DNA of 64,000 nt from Limisphaerales bacterium (GTDB taxonomy: Bacteria > Verrucomicrobiota > Verrucomicrobiia > Limisphaerales > SIBE01), in the NCBI GenBank assembly GCA_044225505.1, contig JBGAIN010000004.1, positions 81,689 to 145,688 of the forward strand, read 5' to 3'. The notes below the pieces were generated by a model. It saw nothing but the letters and a program-made list of their open reading frames with translations, had not been told where the DNA came from and did no database searches. The position numbers were made by a program, and so were the translations under genes. Positions 1-7,843 of the stretch are shown here, piece by piece (the first letter of the stretch is position 1; the number at the start of each line of letters is the position of its first letter).

Positions 1-1
1 A

Positions 2-388
2 AACTCGATTACGGCTTTGCGCGAGGGGGACCCAGGCCTGGCGAACCACGGCACGCCGCCGTTAGTCAACTTAGGTCACCGCACCCTTGCTGGAGAAATT
101 GTCGATAGCAAATGCTACTTCGGGGTTATGAATCCGGGGCGACTCACACCTCATCGTGCCTGTGCGATTCGCTGCCTCAGCGGCGGAATCCCCCCAGTGC
201 TGTTGGTGCACTTGCCAGACCGTAAAACGCAAACTTACCTGCTTATCTCCCGCGACGGGCGTCCCCTAAACGACGCCATCCTGGACCGGGTCGCGCAACC
301 CGTTGAAGTACACGGCGAGACCTTGCAGCAAGGCGAATTGCTCATCCTTCGAGCAGACCCAGCGGACATTCGCCTATTGCCCAACTAA
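2..388 (+). CDS. Conserved hypothetical protein, C-terminal part (5' end outside window), Cys motif GEIVDSKCY...HRACAIRC..GGIPP
   Basis: Frame is open from base 2. Clustered Cys/His motif suggests a real, possibly metal-binding domain. No family name can be supported. Confidence 0.7.
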   Translation, partial: NSITALREGDPGLANHGTPPLVNLGHRTLAGEIVDSKCYFGVMNPGRLTPHRACAIRCLSGGIPPVLLVHLPDRKTQTYLLISRDGRPLNDAILDRVAQPVEVHGETLQQGELLILRADPADIRLLPN

Positions 389-418
389 GATTCCGGGGAA
401 TGGTCTTTTTGGCGAAGC

Positions 419-436
419 GCTTTTCGCTCGAAAAGC
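419..436. terminator. Possible terminator hairpin between convergent genes
   Basis: Inverted repeat GCTTTTCG-CT-CGAAAAGC between stops at 388 (+) and 448 (-). Confidence 0.4.
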
Positions 437-447
437 TCAGATAAAAA

Positions 448-2706
448 CTATTTCGGCCGTTTCGACTTCGCGAGCGCCTCACTGAACCAATCGCGATCAC
501 CGCCCGGCGAGGGAGGGTTTGATCGCTCCAGCCGAGGTGCTGTTCGAGACGGAGCGACCGCGCCGATTTCGGGCTTTGCCCGCATGGATAGCGCGATGCG
601 CTTTCTCGCCAGATCGACTTCCGTGACGGTCACCGTGACCTGCTGCTGAACCTTGACGATCTCGGCCGGATTCTTGACAAAGCGATCGGCTAACTGGCTT
701 ACGTGGACCAACCCATCTTGGTGAACCCCGATATCCACAAAGGCGCCGAACGCTGTCACGTTCGTGACAATCCCGGCCAGTTTCATTCCTGGCTTTAGAT
801 CCTCAATCTTCTCCACCCCTTCCTTGAATCGAAAAGGTTCGAACTGCTGTCGCGGATCGCGTCCTGGCTTCGCCAACTCCGTGAGAATGTCCTGTAGTGT
901 AGGTAACCCGACCTCGTTGGAAACGTAACGTTCGAGAGGAATCCGTTTGCGCCGTTCGGGATCGTGCATCAGGTCTTTGACGGAGCATTGGAGGTCTGTC
1001 GCGATTTGGTCGACAACTTCGTACCGCTCCGGATGCACCGCGCTGGCATCCAAGGGATGCGCCCCGTCTCGGATTCGTAGAAAACCGGCTGCTTGCTCGA
1101 ACGCCTTGGCTCCTAAACGGGGAACCTGTCGGAGTTCCGCCCTGGATTTAAAGGGCCCATGCTGGTTTCGGTAAGCCACGACATTCGCGGCGAGTTGGGG
1201 TCCTAATCCTGAGACATAAGTCAGCAATTGGCAGCTCGCCGTGTTCAATTCTACACCGACGCCATTGACGCAACTCATGACCGTGTCATCCAGACTGCGT
1301 TGCAGGGCCGATTGATCAACGTCATGCTGATACTGCCCGACCCCGATCGATTTGGGATCCAGCTTCACCAACTCGGCCAAGGGATCCATCAACCGCCGAC
1401 CGATCGATACCGCCCCTCGCACCGTGAGATCCAAATCCGGAAATTCCGCGCGAGCCACTTCGGATGCCGAATAAATGGAAGCCCCACTCTCGTTGACCAT
1501 GACCACGGGGATCGTCGCGGGAAGACCCGTTCCGCGCACAAACGTCTCGGTCTCCCTCCCCGCGGTGCCATTGCCAATAGCGATTGCCTCGATCGCGTAA
1601 CGCTGGCAAAGAGCTTTGACCTTGGCTCGAGCTTCGTCCAACCGCGACTCGCTTTGAGTCGGAAAGATGACATCGTGATGGAGGAGTTGTCCTTGCTTAT
1701 CCAAACAGACCACTTTGCAGCCGGTCCGGAAGCCAGGATCGATCGCGAGCACGTTCTTGCGGCCGAGGGGCGCAGCAAGCAGGAGCTGCCGGAGGTTGTC
1801 CGCAAAGACCCGAATGGCCGCTTCGTCCGCCTTCTTCTTGGTCTCCAGGCGGACCTCGGTTTCCATCGCTGGCCCAAGCAGGCGCTTGTATCCGTCCTCG
1901 ACCGCCAGGCGCACTTGACTAGCCGCCGGTCCTTTGGCCTTAACGAACATGGGCTCGAGCAACGCCAATGCTTCTTCCTCTGGAGGAAAAACCCGAAACA
2001 TAAGGATCTTCTCCTCTTCGCCCCTTCGAATCGCCAACAACCGGTGCGAAGGAATCGCTCCGACGGGCTCCTGCCAATCGAAGTAATCCTTGAACTTAGC
2101 GCCTTCTGTTTCCTTTCCAGAGATGACTTTGGAGCGGACCATTGCGCTACGGGCATAAAGCGCCCGCATTTGGACGCGGGCGGCTGGATCTTCACTAACA
2201 CGCTCCGCCAAGATGTCGCGAGCTCCGGCCAGTGCCTCCTCTGCGTTGGCAACCCCTTTATTCGGATCCACAAACGGAGCCGCCTCACGCAACGGCTCGG
2301 CCCCTGCCTGGTTCCCCAACAGAATGTCGGCCAATGGCTCTAAGCCCTTCTCTTTGGCCATTGCCGCCCGAGTGCGACGCTTAGGTCTATACGGCAGGTA
2401 AATGTCTTCCAGGGTCGTCAGATTGGGCGCCGCCTGGATCGCCGCCTTTAAAGAGTCGGTCAGGAGTGAACGCTCCGTCAACGATTGCAGGATTGTCTCG
2501 CGCCGTTGATCCAGTTCCTGAAGCTGCGCCAGACGATCGCGAACCCCGGTGATGGCCACCTCGTCCAGTTGGCCAGTCGCCTCCTTTCGATAGCGCGCAA
2601 TAAAAGGGACAGTCGCTCCTTCCGCTAGCAACCGAGCGGTCGTTTGCACCTGGCCCGCCCTTAACTTCAACTCCGCGGAAATTCTTTCAATATGCTGATC
2701 GTTCAT
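448..2706 (-). CDS. tex: Tex-family RNA-binding transcriptional accessory protein
   Basis: GATVPFIARYRKEATG, LEDIYLPYRPKRRTRA, IDPGFRTGCK (YqgF-like domain), ESGASIYSAS, HhH repeats and a C-terminal S1 domain (FGAFVDIGVHQDGLVHVSQL). Start taken at MNDQHIE. Confidence 0.95.
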   Translation of the reverse strand: MNDQHIERISAELKLRAGQVQTTARLLAEGATVPFIARYRKEATGQLDEVAITGVRDRLAQLQELDQRRETILQSLTERSLLTDSLKAAIQAAPNLTTLEDIYLPYRPKRRTRAAMAKEKGLEPLADILLGNQAGAEPLREAAPFVDPNKGVANAEEALAGARDILAERVSEDPAARVQMRALYARSAMVRSKVISGKETEGAKFKDYFDWQEPVGAIPSHRLLAIRRGEEEKILMFRVFPPEEEALALLEPMFVKAKGPAASQVRLAVEDGYKRLLGPAMETEVRLETKKKADEAAIRVFADNLRQLLLAAPLGRKNVLAIDPGFRTGCKVVCLDKQGQLLHHDVIFPTQSESRLDEARAKVKALCQRYAIEAIAIGNGTAGRETETFVRGTGLPATIPVVMVNESGASIYSASEVARAEFPDLDLTVRGAVSIGRRLMDPLAELVKLDPKSIGVGQYQHDVDQSALQRSLDDTVMSCVNGVGVELNTASCQLLTYVSGLGPQLAANVVAYRNQHGPFKSRAELRQVPRLGAKAFEQAAGFLRIRDGAHPLDASAVHPERYEVVDQIATDLQCSVKDLMHDPERRKRIPLERYVSNEVGLPTLQDILTELAKPGRDPRQQFEPFRFKEGVEKIEDLKPGMKLAGIVTNVTAFGAFVDIGVHQDGLVHVSQLADRFVKNPAEIVKVQQQVTVTVTEVDLARKRIALSMRAKPEIGAVAPSRTAPRLERSNPPSPGGDRDWFSEALAKSKRPK

Positions 2707-2963
2707 GGCTCCAATACCGACGAGCATCTCTACCGGAGCCGAGATTGAAGCGCAAGAATCGCTCAGGAAATTCTGACGACACGAGGAAACAACACCAACT
2801 TGGAGCGGAATCTGACGAGAGCTTGACCGTCCGAGGAATCGCGTACTGAACGCAAGGAGAAGGGAGGACCTAACCAACGCTGATCACCGACGAACTTGCA
2901 GGCACATTGTGCGGATGAACGAAATACCGACCGAACTGGGCGTTTGGCCCAAGACTCGGCCTT

Positions 2964-3155
2964 TCACGCAGCGACTTCATCAAAAGCATGAACCGTTTTG
3001 GACTGATCGCGTCGGCACGGAGTCGCGTCAAAGCTACGAGTCGCGCACAAGTCGGCGGGTTCCATCGCTGGCATCGGCTGGCTCGCGGCGAAGGCCAGGG
3101 CACCAAAGAAAACCACGGAGATCAGAACATAGACGATGGCGATTGTTAGCAGCAT
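2964..3155 (-). CDS. Small (63 aa) single-TM hypothetical protein
   Basis: MLLTIAIVYVLISVVFFGALAFAASQPMP...; hydrophobic N-terminus directly downstream of a sigma-54-like promoter. Confidence 0.6.
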   Translation of the reverse strand: MLLTIAIVYVLISVVFFGALAFAASQPMPAMEPADLCATRSFDATPCRRDQSKTVHAFDEVAA

Positions 3156-3167
3156 GCCTCGTAGGAA

Positions 3168-3183
3168 AGCATTGGCCAAGCCA
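3168..3183 (-). promoter_or_regulatory. Putative sigma-54 (-24/-12) promoter
   Basis: Minus strand reads TGGCTTGGCCAATGCT (GG-N10-GC). The -12 GC lies ~14 nt before the ATG at 3155. Confidence 0.55.
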
Positions 3184-3396
3184 CCGCCATGAAGAACATG
3201 CCGCGAGGCGGAGGGATCGCACCTGTGAGAACTTTGCGGCGAAAAAGGGGCGAAAACGGGCCTCCCTGTGTCACGCCAAAGGCGGCCAGTGCCTCGAACC
3301 AAGACACAAGAGGAACCCAGTTGGCAACCATAGCGCTTGCTCCCTCAACCCCGAAGAGGCTCGCCCTTGCTCCCCTGCTCCTCCATGATCGTGCGG

Positions 3397-4374
3397 ATGA
3401 CGGCTGCTCCCAATCGTCGGAACTTTTTGCGCCTGGTCGCGGGAACCTTCGCGAGCGTGAGAATGGCAAAGTGGTCTGTGGGACGAGCGGCTAGCCCGAG
3501 CGACATTCCCAAAGATCGCGGACCCAGGATCATCGACACGCATACGCATTTCTACGACCCCACTCGCGCTCAGGGCGTTCCTTGGCCTCCTCCCGACGAT
3601 AAGCTTCTTTACCGCAGAGTTTTGCCCGCCGATTTCAAATCGTTGAAAGTTCCGGTCCCGGTCGCGGGCACCGTGGTTGTCGAAGCCAGCCCCTGGATCG
3701 AAGATAACCAATGGATCCTTGATTTAGCAGCGCAAGAGCCGTTAATCGTTGGCTTCGTCGGCAACCTCCCGATCGGGAAGGAGAATTTCGCCCGACTTCT
3801 GGAACGTTTTGCCGCCAATCCGCTGTTTCGTGGGATTCGTGTCACTCATCAAAAACTCGATCAATCTCGAGAAGGACTTGCCGTTCTTTCGGATCTAACG
3901 CGACTGGCCGAACACAATCTCTCCCTCGACCTGCTGGGGGGGCCTGAGATTCTGAATTTTGCGGATCAGTTAGCCCAGAAGCTGCCCAATCTGCGGATCA
4001 TCATTGATCACCTCGCCGGTCTGAGCGTGGATGGAAAAGCACCGCCAGCCGACTGGGTGAGGCAAATGCGGGCTTTGTCGCAGTCTCCGAACGTCTATTT
4101 CAAGGTTTCTGGACTGGTTGAGGGAACAGGACGAGAGGACGGAACCGCTCCGAAGGACGTGGAGTTCTACCGTCCAGTGTTGGACGTCATGGGGAACTTG
4201 TTCGGGCCTCGTCGCCTGATCTATGGCAGCAACTGGCCAGTCAGCGAACGGTTTGCTTCTCTCTCGGTCGTGCAGACTGTTGTCGCAGAGTATTTTAGCG
4301 CGTTCGGACGCCGCGCTGAGGAGCAGGTCTTCTCCGAGACTGCTCGCACGGCATATCGCTGGATAACCAGGTAA
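3397..4374 (+). CDS. Tat-exported amidohydrolase_2 family protein (L-fuconolactonase-like)
   Basis: NRRNFL twin-arginine leader, IIDTHTH metal motif, IIIDHLA, VYFKVSG, YGSNWPV. Confidence 0.85.
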   Translation: MTAAPNRRNFLRLVAGTFASVRMAKWSVGRAASPSDIPKDRGPRIIDTHTHFYDPTRAQGVPWPPPDDKLLYRRVLPADFKSLKVPVPVAGTVVVEASPWIEDNQWILDLAAQEPLIVGFVGNLPIGKENFARLLERFAANPLFRGIRVTHQKLDQSREGLAVLSDLTRLAEHNLSLDLLGGPEILNFADQLAQKLPNLRIIIDHLAGLSVDGKAPPADWVRQMRALSQSPNVYFKVSGLVEGTGREDGTAPKDVEFYRPVLDVMGNLFGPRRLIYGSNWPVSERFASLSVVQTVVAEYFSAFGRRAEEQVFSETARTAYRWITR

Positions 4375-4541
4375 CGCCGTCTCTTCGCGATCGATACGGC
4401 CGGCGGTCCCAGTCCTGCCCCTCTGAATCTCTAGTAGAACGACCGACCCCTGCTCAAATTGCGTCACTTGCACCATGGTGACAATTGTCGCCTGGCACGG
4501 TCGTCTGCATCCGTCCGCAATTTGCGGACAAGGGCCGCTTC

Positions 4542-5357
4542 CTAGGGGTTCGCCTTCAACGCCCTGGCCACTGCAGGCTCTAAGTCGTCGCCGCGCAAGT
4601 CTTTGCCGATGATTTTGCCGGTTTTGTCCAACAGGAATGTCGCTGGGATCGCTTGAATCCCGTAGGTGCTGGCCAGTTTGTTCTCCCATCCTTTGCCGTC
4701 GAAGTACTGTTGCCAAGTCATCTTGTTCTTCGCCAGGAAGCTATTCAGCTTCTCTCGATCTTGGTCCAGGCTGATTCCAATGATCTCAAACCCGGCACTG
4801 TGATGCTTCCCGTAAGTCGCGAGCACATTGGGAAGTTCCGCGACACATGGTCCGCACCAGGTCGCCCAGAAATCCAAGAGCACAATTTTGCCTTTGTAAT
4901 TAGCGATCGAGAGCGCTTTTCCCTCCAGATCCTTCTCGTTAAAATCCGGGAAAGCAGCACCTTCTTTCAGTGAGGCTTGTACTTTCTTCGCTTGTTCTTG
5001 CTTTTTAATACGGTCGGCGGCCTTGGATGAAGGGAAGTCCTTTTTGAGCTGCGTCATGATGCTTTCAGCCTTGGCTGGGTCTTGCAGCACCTGCTCGTAA
5101 AGCATGCCCTTCATGAAAAGTATTTCCGCCACGTCATCAGTTTTGTTTTCTTTGTACTTCTCCAAAAGGCTATCGAACTCCTTGAGTTCCGGAGCAAGCG
5201 CTTCTTCAGTTCGTTTATCGTCGCGCAACTTGCCGCGAACCCGGGTAACGAGATCCTGCAGATCTGCCGCTGGATCTTTAGCGTCCGCTGCGTTGCTGCA
5301 CAGTGCAGCGCCCATCACCGCAAACGCGACTAGTATTGAGAGTGCCTTTCCAATCAT
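4542..5357 (-). CDS. TlpA/ResA-family thiol-disulfide oxidoreductase with signal peptide and N-terminal helical region
   Basis: LLDFWATWCGPCVAELP, GISLD, IPATFLLD. Confidence 0.9.
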   Translation of the reverse strand: MIGKALSILVAFAVMGAALCSNAADAKDPAADLQDLVTRVRGKLRDDKRTEEALAPELKEFDSLLEKYKENKTDDVAEILFMKGMLYEQVLQDPAKAESIMTQLKKDFPSSKAADRIKKQEQAKKVQASLKEGAAFPDFNEKDLEGKALSIANYKGKIVLLDFWATWCGPCVAELPNVLATYGKHHSAGFEIIGISLDQDREKLNSFLAKNKMTWQQYFDGKGWENKLASTYGIQAIPATFLLDKTGKIIGKDLRGDDLEPAVARALKANP

Positions 5358-5598
5358 AAGCTTCTAAAGAGTTAAAGACGTTGTTTCTAAGCCTCTCACT
5401 ATTTCACCGCGACGGCGATAAGAATCAGCAATTCCGACTGACGTCTTCTGGGGCGGCGCTGCCCGGTTTTGAATTGGCCCATTCCAGGCCTCGCTCCGTC
5501 CCTCAGGGATACTCTCAAGCCACAGTCCGTCAATGAAACTGCGACGGGCGCGTCGCACACCGTCGCGGTTCGTCGGAATGAGAAAAAGGCGTGCGCTC

Positions 5599-7560
5599 CT
5601 ACTTCTTTTTCACGAGCGGCAATTCCACAAAGCTCGCCTGTTCCGGGCTGTGGTAAATGCGTTGCGTGGCCTTGCGATAATCCGATGGCTTCGCCCAAAA
5701 GATGTTGGTGACGTAAGTCTGGGGATTGCGATCGTAGAGTGGGAACCAGCTCGATTGCACCTGGACCATAATCCGGTGATGCGGTCGGAAGAGATGATTC
5801 ACGTTGGGAAGTTCCCATCGATAGAGCAGCGGCGTGCCTGAAGCAAGCGGCGCAGGTTTTTCGAGATTTTGCCGATAGCGACCGCGGAAGATGTCGGCTG
5901 AGACCATGAGCTGATACCCGCCCATGCCCGGTTGGCCCGCGACCTGGTCAGGATAAACGTCGATCACCTTCACGACCCAGTCGGAGTCCGTGCCGCTGGT
6001 CGACGCATTCAAATTGACCACGGGTTGGCCGCTCAGTTCGACCGGTTCCGACAGCGGCTCCGTGACAAACGTGGCCACGTCCGGACGGCCGGAAGCCTCG
6101 CGTTGGTCGTCGACCAACCATAACGGCCAGGTCAAACCGTTGTCATAGCCCGTCGGCTGAATGGGGCGAGCCCGGAACGGCACGGGCTTGGCCGGATCCG
6201 AGACGTATTCAGAATACGGATCCTCCCCGCTCAATGGCGGACTAAAGCGCAGCTTCGGGCCGGAGGCCAGGTAGAGCGGTGTCGGCACGATCGAAGCACC
6301 CGGCCGCTCCGTCGCGGGCCAATTCTGGAGTCGGCACCATTTATTCGCCCCGGTCTGGTAAGCGAGGACCGGGGGAATGTCCGCCTTGGGTGCGCCCTCT
6401 TTGAGGTACTGGTCCAGGAACGGACGCAAGATTTGTTCGCGGAAGTAGAGTCCGGTGTCGGTGCCGAATTGGAGGGCTCCCAAGCTGCTGGCCGGAGAGA
6501 TTTGCTGGCCGTGATTCCACGGACCCAGGACGAGGAACAGTCGGTGGCTGAGCGATTCTTGGGCTTTCAACGCTTTGTAGACCGCAATCGGACCATAGAT
6601 ATCCTCCTGGTCCCACAACCCATGGACCAGCATGACGGGCACGGTGAGACGTTCTTTGGCGAGCAACTGGTCGACCGCTTGCTCGCGCCAGTAGCTATCG
6701 TAGGCCGGGTGTTCCAGGATCTTCCGCCAAAACCCAACCTGCTCCAGGCCGCGGCGGCGTCCCAATTCGCCGGCCGAAACCGCGTCCATGAACATGTCAT
6801 AATCATCAAAGTGGCTGGTCCACCATTTGAGCTCGGATTTGCGGGTGGCTTGCTGATCGTAGATATAGGACATGCCTTGCTGACGGAAGGCGCCGTGATG
6901 AAACCAATCATCGCCGATCCAGCCGTCCACCATCGGGTTCATCGGCACGGCCACTTTGAGAGCAGGATGCGGGTGGAACAACGCCATCAAGGTGAGGAAA
7001 CCGTTGTAAGAGATGCCGAGAATTCCCACTCGACCATTGCTTTCCGGCACGTTCTTGACCAACCAATCGATGGTGTCGTAGGTGTCGGTGGCGTGATCCA
7101 CAGACGTTGGATTGAGCGGGCCACGCAATGGGCGAGTCATCACGTAATCGCCTTCCGATCCGTGTTTACCGCGGATGTCCTGGAGCACTCGGATATAGCC
7201 CCCATCGACAATCACCTCCGTGGCGTTGTCGTAGCCCTGCAGCACAGAACCGAAATGTGAACTCTCCGCATGGCTGGTGAGTTTCTCGGCGTCGTAGGGC
7301 GTCCGCGTGAGAAGGATGGGCGCGTTGGCAGCGCCTTTGGGCAGCAGGATAATGGTGCGCAGCTTGACTCCATCGCGCATCGGCACCATGACATCGCGTT
7401 TGATAAAATCGAAACTGTCGGTAACCGGCTTAAAGGTCTCGGGCGTTTCGCTGGGCAACCCGGCGTTGGGGTTGGTCGTTCCTGGCGTGTCCTGGGCGAG
7501 TGTGGCGATCGATGCGGCGAGCGCCAACACTATCCAACGGGCAGGTCGTACGGTTTCCAT
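5599..7560 (-). CDS. CocE/NonD (S15) hydrolase, alpha-amino acid ester hydrolase-like
   Basis: MRDGVKL, LTRTPY, QDIRG, GISYNG nucleophile motif, DGWIGDDWFH, WDQED, GPWNHG, and a C-terminal jelly-roll (VQVQSSWFPLYDRNPQ). Confidence 0.9.
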   Translation of the reverse strand: METVRPARWIVLALAASIATLAQDTPGTTNPNAGLPSETPETFKPVTDSFDFIKRDVMVPMRDGVKLRTIILLPKGAANAPILLTRTPYDAEKLTSHAESSHFGSVLQGYDNATEVIVDGGYIRVLQDIRGKHGSEGDYVMTRPLRGPLNPTSVDHATDTYDTIDWLVKNVPESNGRVGILGISYNGFLTLMALFHPHPALKVAVPMNPMVDGWIGDDWFHHGAFRQQGMSYIYDQQATRKSELKWWTSHFDDYDMFMDAVSAGELGRRRGLEQVGFWRKILEHPAYDSYWREQAVDQLLAKERLTVPVMLVHGLWDQEDIYGPIAVYKALKAQESLSHRLFLVLGPWNHGQQISPASSLGALQFGTDTGLYFREQILRPFLDQYLKEGAPKADIPPVLAYQTGANKWCRLQNWPATERPGASIVPTPLYLASGPKLRFSPPLSGEDPYSEYVSDPAKPVPFRARPIQPTGYDNGLTWPLWLVDDQREASGRPDVATFVTEPLSEPVELSGQPVVNLNASTSGTDSDWVVKVIDVYPDQVAGQPGMGGYQLMVSADIFRGRYRQNLEKPAPLASGTPLLYRWELPNVNHLFRPHHRIMVQVQSSWFPLYDRNPQTYVTNIFWAKPSDYRKATQRIYHSPEQASFVELPLVKKK

Positions 7561-7843
7561 AGAGGTTTGATGATTTCGACAGTTCAACTGGACTGCGATC
7601 AGGCAGAGCCATTCCTAAGTGGCGAGCCCCTGTCTAGCAAGCGGAAAGCGCAGATCCAACGCGGCGCAACGGGCCGCTGGATCGTTCGTAAACGCTGGTT
7701 GTTGCCACCTTCTCCGTCGCCTAGGAAATGGCCAACGCGCCATTACGCCAATGCCACGGCCCAACGACCGCTCTAGAATTCGCGTGTGAATGTAGCGCCG
7801 TTGAGTTTAAAGAGAGAATCTGTCACAAAAGGTCATTAGACGT

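Noticed and set aside
1228..2343. Long antisense ORFs (also 27792..29039, 32612..33322, 36252..37064, 47068..48081, 62884..63822)
   Set aside because: Shadow frames opposite well-supported genes, expected in GC-rich DNA, with no protein motifs.
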